Virus record (IMG/VR): IMGVR_UViG_3300029305_002828
Location: 31,278 to 95,277 of that record
DNA length: 64,000 nucleotides
Origin: a virus
Lineage: Duplodnaviria; Caudoviricetes
Direction: 5' to 3' (one strand)
The notes beneath the pieces were generated by a model. The model worked only from the letters and a program-made list of their open reading frames with translations, was not told the DNA's origin and searched no databases. Below, piece by piece: positions 8,826-18,974 of this stretch (position 1 is its first letter; each line of letters starts with the position of its first letter). Position numbers and translations under genes: made by a program.

Positions 8826-9962
8826 ATGGCTACTAAAACCACAAATAATACTAGTGAAGAAGTAAGAGCTTCAGTATCTTCTATATATGCTGAGTTATTG
8901 GCTAAGCGTAGAGAAGAGAAGGAGGCTAAAGAAGCTAAGAAACGTGAAGAAGAAGCACTTCGTGAACAAGAAAAAGAAGCTAAGAAGTATGATGATGAAG
9001 GTAAGAAGATCTCTAAGAAAGAGCGCCGTGAACAAGAACTTGCTAACTGGCAATCAGTTATCGTAGGTCTTACAGGTGAGGACTTAGAGTATTCAACTGA
9101 GACTAAAAAGTCTAAGAAGAAGTATAAGAAATGGATTGATGAAGAAAGTGATTCTTCTGTATTAATCCCCAAAGAGAAGAAAGCTAAGAAGAAAAACTAT
9201 AGTAAAGAATTTGCTCCTGAGCTTCAAATGTTAAGATCTATTGTAGCAGATCAGAATAGGTTTACTGCAGATCTTCAGAAGAGATTTAACACTATGGCTG
9301 GCCCTGCTACTAAGGATGCAATGCCTCCTAACAAGACTATGGTAGAACTTGCTAGTGTTATTAATGCTGGTCGTTCTAACTCTCTTGGTGTACTTCGAGA
9401 GATTGGTAATCTTAAGAAGGTTATTGCAGAGCTTTATATTAAACAGCGTAAAGAGGATGCAGCTAATGGTGGTACTGGATTACCTACCGATTTAGCATTA
9501 ATGGGTTCTGGTATTGCTTCTAGTCTATTCGCTGATGAACCTATGGGAAGTATGAGTTCATTATCTCAGGTACAGCAGCCTGTTCAAGCACAACCTGGTT
9601 GGTCTCCTACTCCTCCAGTAGCAACTGCTGTAGCAACACCTGTAATGGCAACTGCTTCTCCAGTTAATAATCCTATGGCTCCTTCTGTTCAGATTCAGGA
9701 ATTTGATCCTGATTCATGGGAAGGTCCTGATAATCTAAAATTAAATGCTTCAGTTGAATATGAGACTATTCCTCATCGAGTAGTAGTTGAATTAAATCAA
9801 GCTACTCGTGATGTGAGATTCAAAGCTATTCATAGTGAAACTGGAGAGGAACTTCCTAATTGTCCGGTTCCTACATATGATCCTAGGAATCTAAATCTTA
9901 ATGAGAAAGATATGATTGCGAAAGGTCAGTTTGATGAAACGTACAAATTAGAAATCATTTAA
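8826..9962 (+). CDS. Hypothetical protein (charged N-terminus, Pro/Ala linker)
   Basis: 378-aa ORF, AAGGAGG RBS. Confidence 0.75.
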   Translation: MATKTTNNTSEEVRASVSSIYAELLAKRREEKEAKEAKKREEEALREQEKEAKKYDDEGKKISKKERREQELANWQSVIVGLTGEDLEYSTETKKSKKKYKKWIDEESDSSVLIPKEKKAKKKNYSKEFAPELQMLRSIVADQNRFTADLQKRFNTMAGPATKDAMPPNKTMVELASVINAGRSNSLGVLREIGNLKKVIAELYIKQRKEDAANGGTGLPTDLALMGSGIASSLFADEPMGSMSSLSQVQQPVQAQPGWSPTPPVATAVATPVMATASPVNNPMAPSVQIQEFDPDSWEGPDNLKLNASVEYETIPHRVVVELNQATRDVRFKAIHSETGEELPNCPVPTYDPRNLNLNEKDMIAKGQFDETYKLEII

Positions 9963-9983
9963 TTTTTGAAAGGAGTGAATGTT

Positions 9984-12900
9984 ATGTACTCGAATATTGA
10001 ATCGAGACAAATGGATCCACTCCAGGATTTATTTTCAGATATTAAAAAGATTCTAGAGTTTATGGAAATCAAGGATCAGAGACAAGCTGATGATAATGAA
10101 ACACAATTCAGTCGAGATATGGCTGAGATGTGGGTCATGGCTAAAATGGAACAAGATACTTATACTACATATAGGAAGTATTGGACTACCGATATGTTCC
10201 AAGAAGTTCTACCGAATGTCAAGCTTAACAATGTTCGTTATTGGATGAATAATCCTCATAACGTTCCTCTTGATTTCCGTAACATTCTATTGATACGTGG
10301 ACGTCAAGCCTTTTTAGATTCTTATGAAGAGCAGAATGATTATTATAGAATGCTAAATGGTTTACCTCCACATGGAACTCCTCCGTCAGAATTCATATAC
10401 TTATCTGAACCTATGAGGAATCAGCTTCATGCATCAACTGATCCTTTACATATGTTATCTCCATTGATTCAGAATAACTATATGGGTACTGATGAATATC
10501 AGGAAGTACTTGCAGCTAACCCTGATAAAAAATATCTGAAGTATCTTGGAATGTATAAGATTGATACATTTACTGCTCGTCGAGCTAAAGATTTCGAAAT
10601 CATTCGTTACCCATTAAATCGATCTGACATCAATCCTAATCTGATAAATGTTTTCTCTTCATTATATGCAGATTATCGTGAATATGTAATGACTACACTT
10701 TATAATCCTCAATTTGAAGATCTATATACAAACTATAGAACCTTCATGGGTGTGTTAATCACTTCATTCACATTGATGCAGATTTCAAACAAGGGATTAG
10801 AATTTGCGAATGCTAGAAAGTTCCTAGATGACTCAGCTATTCATACAATCTTATCTATGTATAAAATTCCAGATGAGTTATTGATGACTGATGAAGTTAG
10901 ACGTAACCTTGTTATCAATCTACCTACATTAGTACTCAATAAAGGTATGAATGAAGTTTACTATAAACTCGTAGAGATTCTTGGATATGAAGATATTGAG
11001 TTTAGTAAACTACTGATGATGAAGGGTCAGAAATTCAGTAAAGATAATAACTTCAAAGCTGAGAACGATTCTGAACCTTATTTCATTCAGATTGGATTAA
11101 CTGATGAAAATCCGTATGATACTATCAGTAATGGTAATGCTCCTATTCATAGTTACAAAGATATTATTTCAGGAGACCCAACATGGTGGGATCTTCCTGA
11201 TACACAAAAGATACTGAAAGAAAGTAATTACACAGTATCTGATTCTAAGTATATTATGATGGAAGCAGTAATCCAACAGATCAAATATCTATTTGAATCA
11301 ATTTACTTCCCTAGATTGATTCTTGATAATAAAGAGTTTACCGATACATTTCTTATTGAATTACCAGAAATATTAGGCACTGAAACAGTTTCTATCTTTG
11401 ATATCATGGTATTCATTATTTCTGCTACTTGTATGAATAGTGGGATGACTGGTCAAATTATCTCAGAAGAATCTGGGTTACTTGCAACTGCTGGATTCAA
11501 CTTTGATATGGACTTTGATTCATTCACTGAATATATCAATAGCAGTAAATATCTTGATAAGGAAAGAATTGTGTCATTTATAGAGGATCTAACTGTCAGA
11601 ACTCCTTCTGATATAAATCGTCTATATAATGACGTAATGTATCCAATGAGAGAATGGATTGAACGAAAGATTGCTTCTGCAGATACTCGTCAAGAATATA
11701 TTGAGTATGAAAATATCTATAGGGCTATGTATACATATGACCTTAATAAGAATCCATTCTTAGCAGATTTTGAACTTCCCATAGAAGTAATCAGGAAGAA
11801 CTATAATCTTACTGAGGATGAGATGACTGCATTTAGACATTTTTATCCTCATAATATGAATGGTACAACTATTACTATTGATGAGTATAGTCCAACTGTA
11901 AGTAATACCCGTTATAGTAATCCATTCCTTGCCAGAAATCTTCCTGTTGATTGGTGGATCCATATTACTCTTGATACCCCATACGGTATTGATGATAGAG
12001 GATATGTATATTTTTATGATATTCTAAATCATCCCGATCTAAGAGAGTTAACTAACCGTGATGGTTCTAGAGTATTTATGGATTATGAAGATGGAGAGAT
12101 TGGCTGGCAGATAAATCAGCAAGCTGTTAATAAAGCTCTCGAGTTAATTGATTTACTTGATGAGGAAATGTTAAACAGTGCATACTTCCAAGTCTTTACT
12201 CCAGTTTTAGGAAGCAACGGTAAACAATATGAAGCTGGTGAAAAGTTACCTCCTGCTATTAGAACTGGCATCTTTAAGAATATTCTTAAAGATAAAATTC
12301 AAATGGATATGCAAGGTTTAGCTGTTCCTCCTAAAACATATCTAGAATATCTTTATCGCAAGAATGAGAAGCTCTATGATCTTCTAACAAAAGATGATAG
12401 ATTTAATAGAAACAAAGAAGCTTGGATGAATGATATTCTTCGTATAGTCCTCGCTGTTGAAACTGAACTAAGTATCCATATGAAGTATCTTGAACAGTCA
12501 GTAGTTGGTCAAGAGTTATTCTTCAAACCTCTAGTAACTCTTATTAATAGATTTAAATCTACAATGGTTAATCTAGCTAGAGTTAGTATGAGACATGTAT
12601 TTGGAGACAAGTCTGATGCTGGTGGTAATTCTAATATGTTTAAGTTATTCGATGAACTTGGGTTTACTATTAGATTTACTATGTTCGCAAATAAAGATCA
12701 TGATGCATCTTTTGGATTATATGATACAGAACATTTGATGAAGTATCATCTTATTCTAAAAGATAGATCTGAAATGTTCACACAGACTATTGGATATGGA
12801 TTTGCAGCAGAGACTAGGGATACTACAATGGGATCCATTTGTATGAGTGATGAAATTAAATTCTTTAAGAATGGAGAGCCTATTGATCCGGATGGTCAAC

Positions 12901-13055
12901 ATCCTTCTTGGTATACTGGTGATCCTGGTACAGGTAGATGGGATCAGGAGCATGATATCCTTATGAGAATAAGAAAAGGTACTGCTAATATAAAGAATCT
13001 ACCTGTAGACCTTGATGGATGGCAAGACTTTGTCGAATCTTATAATGCTGAATAA
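9984..13055 (+). CDS. Large jumbo-phage protein, probably virion structural
   Basis: About 1020 aa; YEEQNDYYRMLNGLPP and KYLKYLG motifs that I recall from AR9/phiKZ-like virion proteins; function not established. Confidence 0.6.
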   Translation: MYSNIESRQMDPLQDLFSDIKKILEFMEIKDQRQADDNETQFSRDMAEMWVMAKMEQDTYTTYRKYWTTDMFQEVLPNVKLNNVRYWMNNPHNVPLDFRNILLIRGRQAFLDSYEEQNDYYRMLNGLPPHGTPPSEFIYLSEPMRNQLHASTDPLHMLSPLIQNNYMGTDEYQEVLAANPDKKYLKYLGMYKIDTFTARRAKDFEIIRYPLNRSDINPNLINVFSSLYADYREYVMTTLYNPQFEDLYTNYRTFMGVLITSFTLMQISNKGLEFANARKFLDDSAIHTILSMYKIPDELLMTDEVRRNLVINLPTLVLNKGMNEVYYKLVEILGYEDIEFSKLLMMKGQKFSKDNNFKAENDSEPYFIQIGLTDENPYDTISNGNAPIHSYKDIISGDPTWWDLPDTQKILKESNYTVSDSKYIMMEAVIQQIKYLFESIYFPRLILDNKEFTDTFLIELPEILGTETVSIFDIMVFIISATCMNSGMTGQIISEESGLLATAGFNFDMDFDSFTEYINSSKYLDKERIVSFIEDLTVRTPSDINRLYNDVMYPMREWIERKIASADTRQEYIEYENIYRAMYTYDLNKNPFLADFELPIEVIRKNYNLTEDEMTAFRHFYPHNMNGTTITIDEYSPTVSNTRYSNPFLARNLPVDWWIHITLDTPYGIDDRGYVYFYDILNHPDLRELTNRDGSRVFMDYEDGEIGWQINQQAVNKALELIDLLDEEMLNSAYFQVFTPVLGSNGKQYEAGEKLPPAIRTGIFKNILKDKIQMDMQGLAVPPKTYLEYLYRKNEKLYDLLTKDDRFNRNKEAWMNDILRIVLAVETELSIHMKYLEQSVVGQELFFKPLVTLINRFKSTMVNLARVSMRHVFGDKSDAGGNSNMFKLFDELGFTIRFTMFANKDHDASFGLYDTEHLMKYHLILKDRSEMFTQTIGYGFAAETRDTTMGSICMSDEIKFFKNGEPIDPDGQHPSWYTGDPGTGRWDQEHDILMRIRKGTANIKNLPVDLDGWQDFVESYNAE

Positions 13056-13060
13056 AACAA

Positions 13061-13098
13061 AAAAATATAGAGCCCGAATCATCGGGCTCTATATTTTT
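13061..13098. terminator. Bidirectional terminator
   Basis: AAAAATATAGAGCCCGA-loop-TCGGGCTCTATATTTTT between convergent genes. Confidence 0.8.
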
Positions 13099-13720
13099 AT
13101 AACTGCCTAACATGCCTACGTTCCTGTTTACGTCTTGAATCACATATCCTTCCCCATACTTCATATTGGAACCACTCGATGATTCCTTCTTTATAAGTAT
13201 GAAGTTTATAGGTTCCAGTATAATCGAATTTTGTTACTGGAATCTTAATATGTTTATTGATAAACCTAAACACTGGTTTGAAAGCAATGTTCTTAGAATC
13301 TGGATAATACCATTTTGGTTTGCGAGTAGAGATATAGAAATCTGGAATATAGTAATACATTCTCTTGAATTGACTAGAAGTTGGATCTACGTACATAGTA
13401 ACTCCCATCATTTTTACTACTGCCCATGTATGTTGAACAGGCCATAGACAAGAGTTAAGTCTAGGAGAATGTTTTTGTTCACCATGAATTCCATGACAAT
13501 CAATACTCATATCATGCTCTTCAGCATATTTTCTTAATTTGAGAATGAGTAAGTCAACTGACATGTCACATAACCCTGTATAGTTTTCACACTCTCCTCG
13601 ATATACATTATATTGCTTTGCAAGTTCTTTGCGTACTTCCATCACAATATTGTATAAAATACTACTAACGTGTTCTTCAGTACTGTTTTTGAATTTTAAG
13701 CCTATACTATCAGATTTCAA
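13097..13720 (-). CDS. Transglutaminase/papain-like Cys-His-Asp protein (putative)
   Basis: GLCDMSV ... QHTWAVV ... YVDPTSSQF triad-like spacing. Confidence 0.5.
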   Translation of the reverse strand: MKSDSIGLKFKNSTEEHVSSILYNIVMEVRKELAKQYNVYRGECENYTGLCDMSVDLLILKLRKYAEEHDMSIDCHGIHGEQKHSPRLNSCLWPVQHTWAVVKMMGVTMYVDPTSSQFKRMYYYIPDFYISTRKPKWYYPDSKNIAFKPVFRFINKHIKIPVTKFDYTGTYKLHTYKEGIIEWFQYEVWGRICDSRRKQERRHVRQL

Positions 13721-13755
13721 GTTATCATACTCCTTTCTTGTTAAAATGGAGTATC

Positions 13756-13917
13756 TTATTCAGTAAAATACTCCAGTTGCTGTTCCTTATTTTTATTACC
13801 ATCTTCGGTAATGGGATTCTCTTTTTGTTTAATGGGATCATATTTATCTCCCAGTCCTGTTCGTAGCTTCAGATCATTGTTTACATTTGCAGGGATTTTA
13901 ATCTTCTTCTCTTCCAT
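13756..13917 (-). CDS. Small hypothetical protein (53 aa, MEEKKIKIP...LEYFTE), not in ORF track
   Basis: Translated by hand; AAGGAG RBS upstream. Confidence 0.5.
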   Translation of the reverse strand: MEEKKIKIPANVNNDLKLRTGLGDKYDPIKQKENPITEDGNKNKEQQLEYFTE

Positions 13918-14071
13918 TTGTGAACAACTCCTTATCTTTTATAATTTTCTTTTTATCGATTTTAACCATATGGGCATACCGACCTGCTTTAATAACACCC
14001 TTCCGGATGTCTAATATAATCTTATCAAAGCCTTGATTATGATACTCTTCGTATCTATCAATACATCTCAT
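13898..14071 (-). CDS. Small hypothetical protein
   Basis: AAGGAGG RBS before ATG 14071; TATATATTCT motif upstream (14112-14121, minus strand). Confidence 0.55.
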   Translation of the reverse strand: MRCIDRYEEYHNQGFDKIILDIRKGVIKAGRYAHMVKIDKKKIIKDKELFTNGREED

Positions 14072-14182
14072 ATAAATATTAACCTCCTTATTTAGCATCT
14101 GTGTTATATATAGAATATATAATTACAGCAGAACTCGAAGTTAATGCAATATATTTAATATAATAGAAAGGTGGATTTTGTT

Positions 14183-15298
14183 ATGAATACGTCTTTTTCA
14201 TTAACGATGGTTGATGATGTTATCCTTCATAATATGATTAATAGTAAAGAATTCAAAGAGTTTTCTAATTCATTGGATTATTTGGATACTTTATTCAATG
14301 AAAGTCTTATCACTGAAAAGGTTAATGATACAACTCCTAATGCAGGTAAGTTCTTTGGTGCAGTAAAGAAAAATACAGTTGATACAACCAAAGATGTAGT
14401 TAAGGTATATGGTGACGTTGTATCTGGTAATGCAAATGTGATTAAAGCTACTTGGGATTTAGCTGTTAAATCAATTGGTTTTATTGCCAAAGCACTAAAG
14501 TATGTTTTAAATAAGATATCTAATATTCCAAGAATGATTCTTAAGTTAGGTGCTAAAATAAGTGACTTAAGTCTTGATGTAAGAGCAAAAATTTCTGGTA
14601 ATATAACTCTACATGTCACTGCTTCTGATATTGAATTGATATATAACCATCACTTGATGCGTAGATTAATAGCATATGTTGGATATGCTTCATCCCTTTC
14701 TAAAGGGGATTTCTGGTCAACTCTTACACATCGTCGTAAAGCTGAGAGTGATGGTAAAGGAGTTAAAGATAAGATTCACGATTTAGTTGTTAGTGAAAAT
14801 GATATAAAGACATGTAAGAAGATGTCTTCTGAGTTTGCTCATATTAAGAATACTGAATTTAGACGTACTATAATTGATCTTCGAGATAAAACTAATGTTA
14901 ATATTTACTTTGGCGCAGAAAAGATGATTAAGTTTACTGATATTTATGGTAAGAAATATGAGGCTTCTTATACCGAGGCATTAGCTAAAATTATAGAAGA
15001 TCTTGAAGCTAAACGTAAAGAAATAGAAGATCTTCATCAAGCTATCGGTGAGAAGCTTCATTCCACTGAAGTAAATCAAGCATATAATCATCTTAGCGGT
15101 CATGCAAAGTATATATTAACTAATACAATTCTTGAGATCTCTAAAGTGTCTGGGATTATTGGAAACTTTATTAAGTATATATTACTAGATATCAATACTA
15201 TTAATGAAAATCTTGATAAGATTATTGGTATCAGTCGTGGTAAACTTGCTAATGCTAAAGAAAAAGAGAGATCTAAAAATATACCTAATCAGAAATAA
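14183..15298 (+). CDS. Hypothetical protein, possibly internal head/virion protein
   Basis: Helical basic ORF; AACT-N6-TA motif upstream. Confidence 0.6.
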   Translation: MNTSFSLTMVDDVILHNMINSKEFKEFSNSLDYLDTLFNESLITEKVNDTTPNAGKFFGAVKKNTVDTTKDVVKVYGDVVSGNANVIKATWDLAVKSIGFIAKALKYVLNKISNIPRMILKLGAKISDLSLDVRAKISGNITLHVTASDIELIYNHHLMRRLIAYVGYASSLSKGDFWSTLTHRRKAESDGKGVKDKIHDLVVSENDIKTCKKMSSEFAHIKNTEFRRTIIDLRDKTNVNIYFGAEKMIKFTDIYGKKYEASYTEALAKIIEDLEAKRKEIEDLHQAIGEKLHSTEVNQAYNHLSGHAKYILTNTILEISKVSGIIGNFIKYILLDINTINENLDKIIGISRGKLANAKEKERSKNIPNQK

Positions 15299-15299
15299 T

Positions 15300-15332
15300 A
15301 TATTGGGTGAGGGACAGTCCCTCACCCAATAT
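15300..15332. terminator. Bidirectional terminator
   Basis: ATATTGGGTGAGGGAC-A-GTCCCTCACCCAATAT. Confidence 0.75.
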
Positions 15333-15335
15333 TAT

Positions 15336-16043
15336 TTACTTACTCTCTTCAGGAATTATGTTTAATCCTGTATTGACAAGTTCCTTTGCCAGATTCTCAA
15401 TGGATTTACTCATGCTATAGGACCATTTTTCAATTGTCATTCTTCTTGCATTATTATGAATCTCATCCTTCATGAGTTCAGTAATCTCTTCAGGATGTTT
15501 TTCAATATAATTAGTAGCTGTACGTTCGAGAGCCCACTGAATTCCTCTACCGAAACACTGTGCATCTTCATCACCGACGAGAGGGACATCTGCGGTGATA
15601 GTCTTACGGAATATCTCAATCATCTGATCATGATACTCATTAATCATATCTGCTGCATATTTGTCAACAATCTCTTTGAGAACCTGTACAGGAATACTTC
15701 CACAAAAATCACTACGGTTATTGAATACATCATCCAAGAATGAATTTACCTTGGATTCATATATCTTCCTAGCAACATCTTTCATCTCATTTACAGAGAG
15801 ATAGTTGGTAATATCGAAACGATCTTCGAGATTAATACTACCAGGACAATACTCTCTGCAATCCTCAGCTTGAACAGTGATCTCTAACTTATTGACAGTA
15901 TCTTCATCACTGTCATCAATCTCCATGACATAGTCAATGAGACCGCAAGGAAGATGTTTAATCTCCTTTACTTCTGCAATCCAACCTCTCCATTTACCTC
16001 GTATGATGAGAAGTTTATTTCCAACATGCGTTATAGCTGACAT
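15336..16043 (-). CDS. Hypothetical protein with N-terminal KOW/SH3-like motif
   Basis: VGNKLLIIRGKWRGWIAEV; GGAGG RBS. Confidence 0.6.
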   Translation of the reverse strand: MSAITHVGNKLLIIRGKWRGWIAEVKEIKHLPCGLIDYVMEIDDSDEDTVNKLEITVQAEDCREYCPGSINLEDRFDITNYLSVNEMKDVARKIYESKVNSFLDDVFNNRSDFCGSIPVQVLKEIVDKYAADMINEYHDQMIEIFRKTITADVPLVGDEDAQCFGRGIQWALERTATNYIEKHPEEITELMKDEIHNNARRMTIEKWSYSMSKSIENLAKELVNTGLNIIPEESK

Positions 16044-16438
16044 TTGCTTTCCTCCTCCGGATTATGTCCTATGAAATTTATCTTGTTTCCTATGAATGAA
16101 GGAATTAAATCCTTCACATCTGCTTTATAACAACCAATTGCGCATTCATCTACAATTGCAGTAGATTTATAGAATTCGATATGGATGATTTCCCAAAGAT
16201 TTCCATTAGGTATAACTTCAATACACCCTCTAGTTGCTCCAGGAACTCTAAAAGGAATGTACCATTTACCAGAATGATCTTCAGGAGGCATCATATATGT
16301 TTTCATCCACTGATCATATGGAGGTCCCAACTCAGACTGATAAATCTGATATAGATCAAACATATCTGTGATACTACATTGATATTCATCATCATGGTTA
16401 GGTCTAATCCTAACATCAATAATAGCATCAGGATCCAT
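16031..16438 (-). CDS. Hypothetical protein
   Basis: Translationally coupled ORF in a minus-strand operon. Confidence 0.7.
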   Translation of the reverse strand: MDPDAIIDVRIRPNHDDEYQCSITDMFDLYQIYQSELGPPYDQWMKTYMMPPEDHSGKWYIPFRVPGATRGCIEVIPNGNLWEIIHIEFYKSTAIVDECAIGCYKADVKDLIPSFIGNKINFIGHNPEEESKCQL

Positions 16439-16902
16439 TAATCTTCCTCCTTAAATAATTTATCCCAATAAGAAATCTTATCGACCATATTGTCTCCTCG
16501 TTCATCCTTTTGGGAATCCCACATTTCTTCAAGCTTTTTGTTTTCCTCTGGAATAATGCTTAATGGAAATGACATCGGATATGTTAAAGAGAAATCAGAT
16601 GGAGTTATAGCATATCCATAAGGGATGGCACCTCTATTTTCAAAAATTGTTTCAAGAATATGATAGTATGTGACAATGGCCATTCCAGGATTGCCACCAG
16701 AACACATTGAAATGATATATCCAAGTTCAACAGGAATCTTTACATCATATGCCTCGGTTCTCTTAAAGATAATCTTAGAGATGAATTCATCCTCATCATT
16801 GGTGATATATTTCTGGGTTCCGGGCTTCATTTCATTTAAACCCCACATTATGAGTAGTCTAGAACATAACTCACTAGCGGACATCTGGTTCAGATCTTTC
16901 AT
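16438..16902 (-). CDS. Hypothetical protein
   Basis: Coupled ORF with GAGGAGG RBS. Confidence 0.7.
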   Translation of the reverse strand: MKDLNQMSASELCSRLLIMWGLNEMKPGTQKYITNDEDEFISKIIFKRTEAYDVKIPVELGYIISMCSGGNPGMAIVTYYHILETIFENRGAIPYGYAITPSDFSLTYPMSFPLSIIPEENKKLEEMWDSQKDERGDNMVDKISYWDKLFKEED

Positions 16903-16905
16903 TTA

Positions 16906-17136
16906 TTATTCCTCCTCAAGTGTTATAGGTACAACCTTAAATGTATTTTGCTGGATTTGCTCTTTCATATTTGCTTTAAACTTTTGGAGATATGGGCATG
17001 TAAACCCATCTTCTCCAATTTTACATGTATCCCTATTTCGAGATATTCCGCATTCACCTTTCCTAGTATCAGGTGATACTTTATAGAAGAAGCAATCATC
17101 TGGTTTAGATGGCATCTCAGTGACAATAAATTTCAT
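16906..17136 (-). CDS. Small Cys-containing protein (paralogue of 17139-17393)
   Basis: MKFIVTEMPSKPDDC...CKIGEDGFTCPYLQKFKA. Confidence 0.7.
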   Translation of the reverse strand: MKFIVTEMPSKPDDCFFYKVSPDTRKGECGISRNRDTCKIGEDGFTCPYLQKFKANMKEQIQQNTFKVVPITLEEE

Positions 17137-17138
17137 AT

Positions 17139-17393
17139 TTACTTTTCTCCTAAATATACAGGAATATCAGTTGCTCCAATAACTGAATCTCCTTGATAGT
17201 GATGCTTGAAGGCATGAGCTTTAAATTTCATCAAATGGGGACACTCAAATCCTTCTTTACCTATTTTACATTCGAAATATGGCTCTCTAGAAAGCATACA
17301 ACTATCAATGCTCCTAGTAAATGGATCAGTGAAATAATTGTGAAATGAACATTCATGAGGGTTTTCAGGTATTTCATCTACGATTATTTTCAT
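17139..17393 (-). CDS. Small Cys-containing protein (paralogue of 16906-17136)
   Basis: MKIIVDEIPENPHEC...CKIGKEGFECPHLMKFKA. Confidence 0.7.
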   Translation of the reverse strand: MKIIVDEIPENPHECSFHNYFTDPFTRSIDSCMLSREPYFECKIGKEGFECPHLMKFKAHAFKHHYQGDSVIGATDIPVYLGEK

Positions 17394-17776
17394 TATTCTG
17401 CCTCCACTTTAAGACCACAAGTAGCTTCAAACTTGATACCAACTGAACTATGTTTATCCATAAGACGTTTATTGAATTCCTGAACAAGTTCTGCATCGGT
17501 GATATGCTCAATGATACTAAATGGGGTTTCCCTATATTTATCAATACCACCATTCTGGAAAGCCCAATGAATTAATAGATTCAGTCGATCATCGTCAGAA
17601 AGTTCACAAACTTTCTTCTTATAGATATCATCAATTTTATCTTCAGTAATGTATTTATGAATTATATGAATTGCACCATTATTAGAATACCTGAATAGGT
17701 ATCTAATAAACTCCATAAATTCATTATAAGTATCACTGTTTACTTTTTTAACAATCTTCTTGTAATCATCATTCAT
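17393..17776 (-). CDS. Hypothetical protein
   Basis: Coupled ORF. Confidence 0.65.
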   Translation of the reverse strand: MNDDYKKIVKKVNSDTYNEFMEFIRYLFRYSNNGAIHIIHKYITEDKIDDIYKKKVCELSDDDRLNLLIHWAFQNGGIDKYRETPFSIIEHITDAELVQEFNKRLMDKHSSVGIKFEATCGLKVEAE

Positions 17777-18542
17777 TTATGATCTCCTCCTTTTGTGATT
17801 CATTATGATTGTTTTCATGAGACAATACTTCCTCATAGTGTTTAACAGGAATACCTCTAAGTTTACAGAAATCAATCTCTTCTTGAGTATTCTCACCAAC
17901 ATACCCATCTTCAGCAATAAGTATTACATAATCAGATGCAAGCATCTTTTGACGATGAAGTTCATCATAAACTTTATGTTGAGAAGGAGTTAGTGCGAAC
18001 TCAGGAGTGAAGAATAGAGGATGCTTGAATATAGCAGGTGTCAATACAATAAATCCTTTTTGAGATAGAGTAGTTTCAACCATCTCAAATGTATTCTTGA
18101 ATTTACCACTGCCAATCAATGTCACAACAGGGAAAGTTTGGATAGGTTCAAGATATTCAATCTCAATATATTTATGACTGGTCGCATACTCAATCTCTTT
18201 TTGAGTACTATTTCCAATATAACCTTCTTTGTTGATAACAAAGATCATATCAGAACGATCAATTCTTTTGAACTGAATATCTAGTAACTTCTTATGACGG
18301 GTTTCTTTTTCTTCTTGAGTCATATCTTCACTCATAGGTTGTCTGAATGGAGTGAGCACAATATGACCCTGCTCAGTAAGAATGGCTCCTATTCTTAAGA
18401 ATTCATTCCAGTATTTCATACTACCGCAAAGTGTAATAACCTTACTAGTAGATCTTCCAGGATCACTGGTTGGATCTACCATTGCTCGATTGAAATCTGG
18501 TTTGTTGACAATAGTTTCTTTGTTTTGACTGTTAACCCACAT
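17769..18542 (-). CDS. Tandem two-domain nucleoside 2-deoxyribosyltransferase-like (DUF4406-like) protein
   Basis: Two repeats: VITLCGSMKY...GHIVLTP...SDMIFVINKEGYIGNSTQKEIEYA and VTLIGSGKF...GFIVLTP...SDYVILIAEDGYVGENTQEEIDFC. Confidence 0.7.
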   Translation of the reverse strand: MWVNSQNKETIVNKPDFNRAMVDPTSDPGRSTSKVITLCGSMKYWNEFLRIGAILTEQGHIVLTPFRQPMSEDMTQEEKETRHKKLLDIQFKRIDRSDMIFVINKEGYIGNSTQKEIEYATSHKYIEIEYLEPIQTFPVVTLIGSGKFKNTFEMVETTLSQKGFIVLTPAIFKHPLFFTPEFALTPSQHKVYDELHRQKMLASDYVILIAEDGYVGENTQEEIDFCKLRGIPVKHYEEVLSHENNHNESQKEEIINE

Positions 18543-18556
18543 ATGTTATACCTCCT

Positions 18557-18895
18557 TTAATAATTCCATGCGACTCTTGCAGACAACTCAGTACGATGTA
18601 CAATAGAAGGATCATAATTAACATGACCACATCCATAACAGTGATAGCCGAAGCTTCCATCTTCATATGTTATAAGAGTTGGAAGACTTCCACATTTAGA
18701 GCATTTCTTAATTTTGGAATCAAATAGCTGCTCATCAGTAGTATCACTTTCTTTACGTAACCACTCAATGAAATCATCTACAGACGAACTCAAGAGTCTT
18801 CCATTTGCATAAAGTGCATATTGTTGCAGCTGTTTATACACATATGCAAACTCCTCTGGGCTACTTAGTTCCATAAGTTTGTCAAAGTTTCTCAT
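18557..18895 (-). CDS. Protein with Lar (restriction alleviation)-like zinc finger
   Basis: KKCSKCGSLP...CYGCG...ARVAWN. Confidence 0.55.
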   Translation of the reverse strand: MRNFDKLMELSSPEEFAYVYKQLQQYALYANGRLLSSSVDDFIEWLRKESDTTDEQLFDSKIKKCSKCGSLPTLITYEDGSFGYHCYGCGHVNYDPSIVHRTELSARVAWNY

Positions 18896-18974
18896 TTTAC
18901 ATTCCTCCATAATTTATATAAATAAAATAACGTCATAATATAATTTTAATAAATATGCAAGGGAGGTATTAGTT

